Assembly: GCF_001194135.2 (NCBI RefSeq)
Contig: NC_068988.1
Span: 27,362,748-27,426,747 of the forward strand
DNA from: Octopus bimaculoides
Lineage: Eukaryota
DNA length: 64,000 nt
Direction: 5' to 3'
The notes beneath the pieces were generated by a model, which saw only the letters and a program-made list of their open reading frames with translations, was not told where the DNA came from and made no database searches. Each line of letters starts with the position of its first letter. The stretch's first letter is position 1. The translations under genes and the position numbers were made by a program. Below are positions 36,975 to 49,004 of the stretch, piece by piece.

Positions 36975-38095
36975 ATGCACACATATATAGACACATCATG
37001 TTCTTAGTACGTTGTTTTATATATACTCTTAAGACAAACGTGCATGTCTTAAATATGCAGGTATGTAAAATAATAATGAATTAATGTCACCGATTGATTA
37101 GTTACGCATATAGAACATAGCACTTATATGAATGGTGTATATGTGTATGTAATATATATGTATATAACATAAGGCGGTGCTCCAGTATGGCTGCTATCAA
37201 ATGACTGAAACAAGTATATATATATGTATATTAGCCGAACGTCTTGTAAAGTTCTGTGTATGGAGGTGCGTATAAGTGAACTTTTATATTTATTCCTCTT
37301 GTCTACGACATGGGCCTGAAGGTTGCCCTTTCTGATGCTAACCACTCCGATGGGGAATTGTGGAACCGGTTATCAGCTGGATAGACTAAAGCAAATACCT
37401 GTCAATTATGAAAACGCCTCTGAGCTAAACCATACACTGCAAACATCTATTCTAGACTTATCTATTACAGTATACGTTTGCGTTAACAAATGGGAAGTGT
37501 ACATATATCTGTTTTTGCGTATATATGTACATACATGTCGCTGTTTAGCCCAAGGTCAAGACTGCAGAGCAGACAGACCTATGATTTGAAAAGCTATCCT
37601 GCTTTGACAAAGGCGTTATTTTTTGCTAGACGTTAGGATGTAGTTTGAATGAGGTTTTGCTTTTATTTCTAACAGGTCGATGGTCTCTCATAAACTCTTT
37701 ATGTTTAGGAAAAAATAGGAAACGATATCAAACAATCGTGTGTGTGTGCGCGCGCTTAAGTTTAGCCGTCACTCACGATCGAGTATAACAAGCTTGTACC
37801 GTGCTTTCTCTAATCATTCTAGGTGCCTCTGTAGTTGTGAGCTGATGTAGACATGCTCTGAGACTTCCTACCCTCAACCCAGCTTAGTACTGATGATGTG
37901 GGAACTGGGAGGAGAGGAAGCGACCATACCAGCACTTGGCTGCTAGTTATTTACAGCTGAGCAAGTTGGAACAACATGAAATGGAATGCCTTGCTCAAGG
38001 ACATAACGTGCAGCCCTGTGCAGGAACTGAACCCTCAACCTTTTGATCATGACCCCCAACACTAGCCACTTGGCCACATGCCACACACATATATA

Positions 38096-38480
38096 TCATC
38101 ATCATCATTTAACGTCCGCTTTCCATGCTAGCATGGGTTGCACGATTTGACTGGGGACTAGCGAACCAGATGGCTACACCAGACTCCAATCTGATATGAC
38201 AGAGTTTCTATAGCTGGATGCCCTTCTTAATGCCAACCACACTGAGTGTGTAGTGGGTGCTTTTTACGTGCCACCGATATCATAACCCTCTTTTAATGTC
38301 CATGTTCCATGCTGGTGTGGGTTAGACTGTTGACAAGGATCTGATGAGTTAAAATAACTGCATTGTACTCCATTGTCTGCTTTGACATAGTTTCTGAAGC
38401 TGGATGCCGTTCCCAACATTAATCACGTTACAGTGTGTACTGCAAGTTTTTCATATCACTGGCTCAATTGGGGTTAGCAT
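38096..38480 (-). mobile_element. Two family C RTE-tail elements
   Basis: catcatcatttaacgtccgctttccatgctagcatggg (young copy) and an older copy from about 38290. Confidence 0.8.
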
Positions 38481-38749
38481 GTTGTTCATACAAGCCAACA
38501 AATATAGAGAAGGAGGATGCTGCATCCATATTTTAGATGTGGTTAAGATATAAAGGAAGAGATTGGAGTGGAGCATCTTTCTGTTGTAGAGGAGTTACAC
38601 ACACCTACTCACATTTAGAAGAGAGAGAATGAATTAGCAGTAGAGACAAGTAGATAGACAGTGGCAGGAGATAAGAATTCAGAGTGACCAGTGGCATGTA
38701 TTTGAACAACATAGACATATACAGGTATATCAAATACCACACAACATAG

Positions 38750-38863
38750 ATTCTTGATTTATTGAAATTATCTCTGCCTCTAGAAGATGTATCAAATTTA
38801 CCAAATGGCAATTATGATCAGCTGCAATTATGATAAGGGGAGATAATCTCAATAATCAAGAAT
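38750..38863. mobile_element. Short fold-back element
   Basis: ~32-bp arms attcttgatttattgaaattatctc and gagataatctcaataatcaagaat. A related sequence occurs at about 950-985. Confidence 0.55.
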
Positions 38864-39729
38864 TTCTCCAGAGTTGATATGCCATTAAGGAAAAGGACAA
38901 ACTTATTGTTTGGTGATGAGTAGAGTTATGGACACATGTTTCTAGCTCATTAGCCATTAGCATGGTAATTGTCCAACCTTATTTCCAGTAGTCAAGGGAC
39001 TTAGAATAATTCAAAAAAGACAGAACACAGTTACGGCCTAGGTAATCTGCATAATTTAAACAAATGTTTATATGATGTCTGTATGTGTGTGTGTTTTGTT
39101 TGGATAATTTAGTTCTAGTTACATTATTCCTATGTTCTTAAGGCAGTGAGCTGGCAGAATTGTTAGCACACCGGGCGAAATGCTTAGCGCTATTTTGTCT
39201 GCCGCTATGTTCTGAGTTCAAATTCCGCAGAGGTCAACTTTACCTTTTATCCTTTCGGAGTTGATAAATTAAGTACCAGTTGTGTACTGGGGTCAATGTA
39301 ATCGACTGGTCCCTTCCCTGCCAAATTTCAGGCCTTGTGTCCATAATAGAATTATTCCTATGTACTTTTTTGGGAGGGATTTGGCTACTAATTTTTGCAG
39401 GTTTAGCAGCCATGTAGAAGCTCCCTAATTATCACAAGTTATCTGTTAGTAGTGTTAGATACAGACATTACCATTTTGTTTAGATGCTGTCATGTGAAGA
39501 TGTAGATGTCAACACATACACACACAACAATTTCTGTCTATCAATTCTACTCTCAAGGAATTGATTGGCTTAGAAGACATTTGTCTAAATTGCCATGAAG
39601 TAGGACAGAAAATGAAACCAGGCTGTTCCATATAGCCATATCTGAGAATTTGTTATTCAGTGTGTTTTATTATATTTTAAGATGATTTAAGAGAGTTTTG
39701 GTTACTATTTCCAGCAGGTCAATTTAACA

Positions 39730-40070
39730 TGCTTTCCAGTTAAATAACTTCAGGTTCAGTCCCACTGTGTAGCACATTTGGCAGTGCCTTCTATTATAGC
39801 TACTAGCCGACCAAAGCCTTGTGAGTGGATGTGGTAGATGGAAACTGAAAGAAACCCATTCTATGTTTATGTGTGTGTGTGTGTGTTACTGTCTCTGTGT
39901 CTTGACATTACATGATGATTGTAAATGAATGTCCCCTTCATACAAGTGGTGTCCTTCATTTCCAATCCTCCATAAAAACATGTCTGGCCATAAGGAAGTG
40001 TTACCTTACTTGGAAACAAGTGAGGATTCATAACAGGAAGGGCATCTGGCCATAGAAAATAAAACCCATC
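39730..40070 (+). mobile_element. Family A SINE with RTE-like tail
   Basis: ggttcagtcccactg head and ccttgtgagtggatgtggtagatggaaactgaaag core. Confidence 0.75.
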
Positions 40071-40096
40071 TCAACATTTTCCATAGTGGACATTAA

Positions 40097-40310
40097 CTCT
40101 TTAGCATTCTGATTAACTCTAACATTCTGCTTATTTATTCTCAATGTTTTGAATTTATCATGCATTATGCATTATCTCAAAGCATCGAGATTTTGATGAT
40201 GTGGTTGTTTGTTTTTAGAATGACATTGTAGGGTTGGTGTGAGAGGTTGGATCTAGCATAAAACAGGTAGAATATTTGGGCTGGATATGGCTGTATTAAA
40301 TGCTGACTGG
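40097..40310. mobile_element. piggyBac-type MITE
   Basis: TTAA flanks at 40093-40096 and 40311-40314; degenerate termini ctctttagcatt and aatgctgactgg. Confidence 0.55.
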
Positions 40311-40434
40311 TTAAAATGATGATGAGTCATGCAGAAATCAAGGTATTGAGAATAATAATTACCATGGAAACAAACTCGTTAAGAACATATAGTAGTATCT
40401 CTAGTGATGCAATATCCTAGTTTAGTAGCCTTGT

Positions 40435-41985
40435 GGGTTTTCTTTTACTGGTTTCAGTCACTGGACTGTGGTCATGCTGGGGCTTCACCTTGAAAGTTTT
40501 TCAGTCAAACAATTTGACCCCAGTACTTATTTTTTAAGCCTTGTAATTATTCTATCAGTCTCTTTTTCTGAACAGCTAAGTCACAAGAATGTAAACAAAC
40601 CAACACCAGTTGCCAAGCTGTTGGGATAGAGGTTTGACAAACACACACACACATATGCACACATACATGAGGGACTTCTTTCAGTTTCTATCTACCAAAT
40701 CTACTCACAAGGCTTTGGTCAACCCAGGGCTATAGAAGAAGGCACTTACCACAGTGGGTCTGATCCCATAAACCACACAGCTATGCCTATGCCCATTTTC
40801 AAATACTTTCTTATAGTTTTGTCTAGATTGGAAGAGAATAAAAAAATTAGTAAAGCCTGGCCTTCATGCCGGTGGCACGTAAAAGCACCCACTACACTCT
40901 CGGAGTGGTTGGCGTTAGGAAGGGCATCCAGCTGTAGAAACTCTACCAGATCAGATTGGAGCCTGGTGTAGCCATCTGGTTCACCAGTCTTCAGTCAAAT
41001 CGTGCAACCCATGCTAGCATGGAAAGCGGACGTTAAACGACGATGATGATGATAGTTTAAAATATTTAGAAATCTACTGATGTACATTGTACTCTAAAAA
41101 AGACAAATGTTATGCAAGGTTAGAATATAAGATTTTCCGAAAGAAAACAAAATTGATTTACTAAATTTAATCTTCTAAATCAGCTCTAATTTGGAAATAA
41201 CTAGAAATGAGTAGGAGCTGTAGTATAATGGTTTTTTTTTTTTACAGTCTCCTTATCGTTGGAAGCTATATTACTAACTATAGTTAATTCTACATTTGAT
41301 ATAAGAAATATGACAGCAAGCTTGTTTCCCAGCCACATGGTTCCAGGTTCAGTCCCACTACATGGCACCTTGGGTAAATGTCTTCTGCTATAGCCTTCGG
41401 CTGACCAAATCCTTCTGAGTGGATTTGGTAAATGGAAACTGAAAGAAGCCCATCATGTGTGTGTGTGTGTGTGTGTTTGTCCCCACCATCACTTGACAAC
41501 TGGTGCTGGTGTGTTTATGTCCCTGTAACTTAGTGGTTCAGCAAAAAAAATCGATAGAATAAACAAACGAACAAAAAATACTGGGGTCAATTCATTTGAC
41601 TAAAGTTTCTTCAAGGTGGTGCCCCAGCATGGCCACAGTCTAATGACTGAAACAAGTAAAAGATAAAAGATATTGTTTATTGCCAAATGAATTACTGTGC
41701 ATAGACAGAGTAATTAATTATCAGTGATATCATTTTTTAACACCACTAATTATTACAAGCATGCCATTATCATAATTAGCCATCATCATCCTTTTTACAT
41801 CCACTTTTCCATCCTTGTATGGATAACACAGAATTTGTTGAGGTTGATTTTCTATGGCTGGATGCTTTTCCCGTTGCCAACACTCACTTGTTTCCAAGTA
41901 AGGTAATATTTCTCAAAGGCCAGACATGTTTCCATGAAAACAAAAGACACCGCTTGCATGATGGTGACACTTATTTTATAAATAT
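40435..41985. mobile_element. Cluster: family A (-, 40435-40790), young family C (+, 40855-41053), family A (+, 41320-41670), family C variant (-, 41785-41985)
   Basis: Family heads and tails recognisable as described above. Confidence 0.8.
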
Positions 41986-42045
41986 GGTGTGAAGTCAAAG
42001 CAAGAAGACATGCACACACACACACACACTTTTTTTTATTCATTA

Positions 42046-42241
42046 GGTAATCAGACTACCATTAGTTTCATGTTGGGAGAGATATTTCCCAGCAATTGTT
42101 CATGTCTGTACCTTGGGACATTAGTGTTTGTCTCCATCTTGGATAAAAACAAGAGATGAACACTAGTGTCCCAAAATACAAACTTGAATAATTTTTAGGA
42201 GATATCCCTCCCAACATGAAACCAATGGTAGTCTAGTTACC
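42046..42241. mobile_element. Fold-back element (89-bp arms, 18-nt loop)
   Basis: Arms 42046-42134 and 42153-42241 are roughly 80-85% complementary by eye. A degenerate relative is present at about 53498-53598. Confidence 0.85.
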
Positions 42242-42321
42242 CCACAAATAAAGAATATTTATCCACCAATGTGGTGTTGAGCACTCAGTCTCACTGTTCG
42301 ATATTAACATCTATCTATCTG

Positions 42322-42362
<41 letters not shown>

Positions 42363-42380
42363 ATATATATATATATATAT

Positions 42381-42596
42381 ATATCATTTACTGTACACAT
42401 AAAGATACAAGCTATTAAAAGTTTCTTGCTAGGAGACACTGGTCCAGACAAGTTTTTATAACGTGCCTTATGTCTCCAAGCTCAAAGATTGCTTGCAGAC
42501 ACAAGGCATGTTACAAAAACTTACCTGGACTCATGTCTCCAGTGCAAGAAACTATTTATAGCCTCATATCTTTATACTGTGTACATTAAATAATAT
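42381..42596. mobile_element. Fold-back element (~100-bp arms, 9-nt loop)
   Basis: Arms 42381-42481 and 42491-42596 pair along their length with scattered mismatches and small indels. A (TA)n tract abuts the left end. Confidence 0.85.
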
Positions 42597-43419
42597 TTGT
42601 CTCAGAACGGATGGACTACTTTTTTGTTAATTTTACCTTAGTGAAACAGTGAAATATACATACATCCACACACACTCCCATATTTTCACACACTGGTAGT
42701 TCCTTTCAGTTTCCACTCACAAAGCCTTAGGCTATAGTATATAAACTCTTATGCAAAGTGCCACATAGTGGGACTGAACCCCAGACCCTACCTGCTCTTA
42801 GTTGCTACAAAACCAACAAGCAATAGTGAAAATTGTCTTTCTGCTAACGATGACTAAAATTGTCTTCCTTTTTGCTTAACCATTTCCTAATATTTTTTTC
42901 CTTATTATCATATTTAACCCTAATGTGATTTGATTATTTCCTATGTCGAAAACATTGAAAATAATTAAGCTCAACGTTTTAATAATATATTTAATTTGTT
43001 AGTGATTATGACTCATAATGCCAGATCTATTAGTAATTTTATAAATACCAGATCTATTAGTAATTTTCAGCCCAAATTTTAAAGCTGTGGTAGCTAAGTC
43101 ATTAAATTGTTAAATTATTGATCCAGTGAACATAAATTCACATTTTAGCTAGAACTATTTTATAGTGTCCCTAAGCAAGATGCATGATATATACTTCTGC
43201 CTACTTTAGGATAAAGGTATTATTCTAACTTCACATTGGAATAGTTAGGTTTTCTGGGTCCTCTATCAGGTATGGTTGTCCAAGTATCTCATGTTTATAC
43301 AGGTTGGACAAATTTTTTTTTTTTACCTCTAATTTTCTTTTTTGTGGAAGTCTGACAGTTGCCCTTAAATGGAAGTCTCTCCTCTCCATTTCACTGATAC
43401 TGTTCAAGAGAAAGGTAAC

Positions 43420-44240
43420 TGTTTTAGGACCAGTACAGTTTAAGAAGGGCATCGAACCTTAGAAATTTTACCAAAGTAGACAGAAGAGTTTGGCATGGTC
43501 CTCTGACTGGCTAGCTCCTGTGAAATCATCTAACCCATGCCAGCATGGAAAATGGACGTTAAAAGAGGATGATGTTGGTGATGATGATGATGGTGATGAC
43601 CAAAGCCATTGACTTCTCAGAGTGCAAAGGCTTCAAACTAGTGCCATGAGGCATCCCATCTGGTTCTTCAACAATTCTGCCAATCACATCACCCTATAAT
43701 GGTGCTTTATTATCAACCTGAAAAAGGAGGAAAACAAAGTTGACTTTGGGTAGGATTTGAACTCAGAATGCAGAGAGGTGAAACAAATACTGCAAGATAT
43801 TGTTTCTCATTTTCTAGTGACTCAATTTACTAATTCACCACCATGGTATTTAAAAATCTGCAAAATTTTTTCCTCCAACCACATGGTTTTGAGTTCAATC
43901 CTACTGCATGACATTTCGAGCAAGTGTCTTCTACTATAGCTTTGAGCCAACCAAAACCTTGAGAATGGATTTGGCAGACAGAAGCTAAAAGATGCCCATC
44001 ATTTATAAATATATATATATTATTTATATGTGTATCTGTGTTTATTCCCCACCATTGTTTGACAACTGGTGTTTGTATGTTTACATCCCCATAACTAAGT
44101 GGTTCAGCAAAAGAGACTGATAAAATGTCAGGCTTAAAAAACATAAGTCCTGGGAGTTGATTCATTTGACTACAATTTTTGATGGCAGTGCCCCATTATG
44201 GCTGCAGTCTAATGACTGAAACAAGTAAAAGATAAAAGTC
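43420..44240. mobile_element. Family C (+, 43420-43600), family B (-, 43700-43830), family A (+, 43870-44240)
   Basis: Family signatures as above. Confidence 0.75.
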
Positions 44241-44282
44241 AAATCAGTGCAATGAACATGTTTCATTTCAAATACACTTTAA

Positions 44283-44504
44283 CCTTTCTGTTACCATATT
44301 TCTGTTGAGATGCTCTGTGTTTCTTTCAATTAATTTTAAATATAACAAAGAATTTAGTAAAATAACTTAGTTATCATTCAGCTAGTGTTAGGAACATAAA
44401 TTGTGACTAAGGTTTGGTGGAAGATTTTAATTCAAAACTTATGAAAACAAGACATTTGTACAACAGAGCCAGAAGTGGTTTCATCTGGTTTGGTATCAAA
44501 AGGG
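44283..44504. mobile_element. piggyBac-type MITE
   Basis: TTAA at 44279-44282 and 44505-44508; termini cctttctgttacc and ggtatcaaaaggg (10/13 complementary). Confidence 0.7.
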
Positions 44505-44526
44505 TTAAACAGATTGTATGTTTTGT

Positions 44527-45624
44527 CATCATCATCATCATTTAATGTTCACTTTCCCATGCTTGCATGGGGTCACACAGAGTTTGTTGAGGCAGATTTT
44601 CAACAGTTGAATGCCCTTCTTGTGACCAACCCTCACCTGCTTCCAAGGTAGCATTTCTCCATGGGCCAGACATGTTTTTCACAGAAGACTGGAAGCAAAT
44701 AACACTGCTTCTATGACAGTGATGCTCTTTAACAGCCATCACCTAATGTCTAGACAAGGCTACACACAGATATCCATATATATGTATACAACTGGCTTCT
44801 TTCAGTTTCCATCTGCATAATCCACTCACAAGGCTTTGATTGACCTGAGGCTATAGCAGAATACACTTGCCCAAAGTGCCACACAGTGTATTGAACCCAT
44901 GACCACATGATTAGGAAACCAGCTTCTTAACCACATAGTTAGAGTCAGCATACAAGTTTACATATTTATTATTGGTAGTCCCATAGCTGAGCATGTACTT
45001 TAGTAGTAGTCAAGTAATTAGAAGCCATAGGCTTGTTTTATTCTAACTGTAATTTATAAATAAGCTAATAAAGTCTGCTGGCAAGCTGTGTGTTTATACC
45101 TGATATTTTCTCTGATCGATTAACTCTAGTATTACAGGAGTAGTAGCATTACATGAGAATTGACTATTTCCAAAATAGAATAAGACACAGCTGTGGCTGT
45201 GTGGTTAAGAAACTTGCTCCCTGACCATGTAGTCTTGGGTTCAGTCCCACTGTGCAACACCTTAGGCAAGTGTCTTCTATTTATTGCCCAGAACCAACCA
45301 ATGTCTTGTGAGTGAATCTGGTAAATGGAAACTGAAAGAAACCTAATATGCACATGTGTGTGTGACCATTGTTCATCAGTATCATCATTTAATATCTGCT
45401 CTCCATGCTGGCATGGGTTAGAAGGTTCAACATGGAGCTGGCTAATAGGGAGCTCTCAGGACTCCAACTGTCTCTTGTGGCATGGTTTCTCTGGCTGGAT
45501 GCTCTTCCTAACACCAACCACTTAACAGAGTGTGCTGGGTGCTTTTATGTGTCACGGGTGTGTTTATGTAGCACCGACAAGGGTGTGTTAATGCAGCACT
45601 GACACTTGTGTGTGTGTATACATG

Positions 45625-45666
<42 letters not shown>

Positions 45667-47150
45667 CATAAACATGTAAGTATATGCGTGTGTGTGCATG
45701 CACATGTGCTCTTGTCCTGACATGGTGTGACAGTTGTAAAAACACGTACCACAATAATACAAGCAAGGTGTTTGTTTCCATTCTTCTGTCTAAAAACATG
45801 TCATCCCATGGGAATATATTACTTTGATTGAAAGCAGGTAAGGGTTGGCAACTGGAAGGTAATCCAGCCATAGAAAATTTACCTCAACAAATTCTGTCTA
45901 ACCCATTCGAGCATAGGAAAGTGGATGTTAAATGATATATGATGATGAAATAAGATGTGACTATCTACACTGAAGATGTACATAAAATGTTAATTTTAGT
46001 TCACCTTGTGCCAGAGAAAAAAATATGAGCTGACTTTCTTGCATGTTCACAAGTTAGGGATAATGTGATGCAATATACTGCTCCCTGTTGTTGAAGGTCT
46101 GAGTTAATACACTGTGTTTTAGCTCTTTATTAGAAAGTAATAGTTTTTGTGTGGTTAAAATGCTTCGTTTATGACCATATGGTTTTATGCTTAGTTCCAC
46201 TCTGCAGCACCTTGGGCAAGCGTGAGTGAATTTGGCAGACAGAAACTGTATGGAAGCTGGTTGTATATATATGTGTGTGTGCGCGTGCGTGTGTACGTTC
46301 TTTATAACTGTGTTTCTTCCCCCTGCTACCACTTGATAACTGATGTTTGTTTGTTTACATCCCTGTAACTTAGCAGTTCATCAAAAGATGAATACAGTAA
46401 GTACCAGACATAAGAAATAAGTTCTGGGGCTGATTTTTATGACTAAGTCTTTCAAGGCTGTGCCTCAGCATGGCCACAGTCCAATTACTGAAATGAGTTA
46501 AAAATAGAGATAAATGATTCCACTGATGTTGAGACATAGTTCTGTAAATTCAGATATAATTGCAGAAAATTTATTATTCTTCAACCTTTGCACGATTATC
46601 TCATCAGCAACATCGTCATCATTCATTTTCCTTGTTGCCATAGGTTGGACAGTTTGACAGGATCTGACAAACCACAGTTCTATGTTGAACTCCAGTGTCA
46701 GCTTTGGCATGCTTTCTGTGCTTGGATGTCCTTCCTAATGCCAGCCACCTTACAATATGAACTAAATACTCTTTTTTGTGCCATCAGTGCAAGTGAGGTT
46801 AGTTAATAAGTAAGTTGCAAGACAAAAATGATCAGGAAAGAAGAAAAAGGAGTAGCTAAATAGGAGTGGTGGTGGTGGGGATGTTAGGAAGTGGGGAGGT
46901 GGCTTTTTTGTCAGGTACGGAGGGACAAGAGGAGGTGTGTTGCTGTAGAAGAAATACATGTCTGCCCTACATTATAAGGGTGAGTGATAGTAATTGGGAA
47001 GATGAAAATAAAGGGTTCCCTATATATGTTAAAATACGGTATATTGTTTGGAAACTGGTGAGAGTTGGTAACTGTAAAGGCATCCATCTGCAGTAAATTC
47101 CATCTAACTCCTGGAAGCATGGAAAAGTGAACATGAAATGATGATGATGT
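44527..47150. mobile_element. Dense SINE/RTE cluster
   Basis: Family C variants at about 44527-44760 (-), 45378-45560 (-), 45715-45950 (+), 46612-46790 (-) and 47050-47150 (+). Family A at about 44780-44935 (-), 45190-45350 (+) and 46140-46500 (+). Confidence 0.75.
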
Positions 47151-47890
47151 TATCGCTAGCATTACAGGTTTCACAGATGGTAATGTTTTATATATCAAAC
47201 ACATTTTATGGTGATGTTTCCCTTGAAATCAATAATCTACCAACTTAAATAAAGAATTTGTAATGAAAACTTATGAAGAATGTACAGTATTTTGATAAAA
47301 TATAAATAAAACATAAAAATATTAAAATAAATTTTAAATCATAGAATATTTTTTTTCCCTAACGCCTGCTTTGTGTCACAGGAAAAGAATTGTTTATATT
47401 TAAAGATGTAAAGAGACTTTATGATGGGAAGGGACTAGCTAAACCCATTTAGCATTCTGGAAAATTTTGGAATAAATATTTTCTTAGTCTATTGTATTCT
47501 ATAAAGAATATTGTTCCGTATTATTGCTATCAGCCTCATCTGGTTTTCTATGGCAACATTGGTTAGATAAGTCAGCGCTATGGCTTTCTTCCACTTGATC
47601 TTCTATCTGGTTGTATTGTGTTTTACATTCAATTGCCTCAGTGAAGATTTTAGCTTATTGCTTCAACTCATTGCTGTAGTTCACCCTTTGCCTGACTACC
47701 GGCAGTTATGGACTTAGCAATGTTTACTTGCTCTGTTTTCATAATTCACTTTGCTTTCAGTATGATATATATATATANNNNNNNNNNNNNNNNNNNNNNN
47801 NNNNNNNNNNNNNNNNNNNNNNNNNNNNNNNNNNNNNNNNNNNNNNNNNNNNNNNNNNNNNNNNNNNNNNNNNNNNNGTGTGTGTATATA

Positions 47891-47923
<33 letters not shown>

Positions 47924-48814
47924 ATATTTGTATGTGAGTATATACGTATCTGTATTAAATATGTGTCTATGAATATGTATATATATGTTTTTATACTGTG
48001 TGTGTGTGTGTGTTACATTATAAGAATTCAGAAACTTCAAGACATGAAATAAATAGTTTTAAACTGTGGAGCTTGAAGTTGATAAAGCTGTAAATATTAG
48101 TGTGTAAAGATTGGCTTAAAAATGGTAACTCCTGGTGATTGGAAGCGATGATTAAATGTTTCATGAGGGTTTTCATAGCTCCATATTTGACAGTTAAACC
48201 TGNNNNNNNNNNGCATGAAAGATAGCTTCAGCACCAGTGGCATAGCTAGAATGTGTGTGTGTGTCACACACACACACACACACACATACACACACTACCT
48301 TTGCTACTTTTCAGCACTCTGTACCACTGGCTATTGGGTCAATGACATGTCCACACATTACCAGTTTTACATAAGTCAACCTACCTAATCCTTACTGTAT
48401 GTTGGAAAATACAGTATATCATTGTGAGATCATTTTTCTGTTTTTGACAAACAAATATTTTACTTTCTGTTTGACTTTAAACACTTTTGAATAGAGCTTT
48501 TGGAGACAAAGAGCACCTTTGGAATTTGTATAAGTGAACTGTGTATATTGAAAATGACTGTTAACAGATGGCTGTGTTTCACCGAGGCAGTTTGCTCTCC
48601 TCTGACCTAGGCAAGCCTTCAGCAGAACCTGTAGCTTTAAACTGGAAGTTTCAAGCATAATGGCATGGCTAGGAATGTCATGACTATTTTTTGTTTCCAC
48701 ATTCTTTGGGTTTATATAAGAGATATTGTATGATTTTTAGGATAGTGAATATTCTGTGTTGATAATGGTACACAGACATGTAATGTTGGAAATATGCATG
48801 ATATTCTCTTGTAG

Positions 48815-48880
48815 CTAGTCTTTCTGCACAGAATATTCTGTTTCAGAAACTCTGTCTCTCATCAGACTGTGTGTAAAAGA
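48815..48880 (-). ncRNA. Degenerate hammerhead-like motif (probably inactive)
   Basis: Minus strand reads CTGATGA-gagacagagtttct-GAA-ACAGAATATTCTGT-G: perfect 14-nt palindromic stem III, but a G at the cleavage position. Confidence 0.35.
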
Positions 48881-49004
48881 CAGAATCACCCAGTAACTAG
48901 CAGTATAAGCTATTGGTCATTGGGGCTAAATATAAAACAGTCTGGAATAGACAAATGTTCCAAAAAGCAAACACTTTTATATCCAATTTTATGAAATTGA
49001 AGGG

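Noticed and set aside
43021-43075. 26-bp tandem duplication (ccagatctattagtaatttt)
   Set aside because: A simple local slippage duplication with no further structure.
6850-46620. Other CTGANGA matches (minus strand at about 6884, 7686, 28596, 46603; plus strand at 37889, 38341)
   Set aside because: No correctly spaced GAAA plus stem III/NUH; chance heptamers or parts of SINEs.
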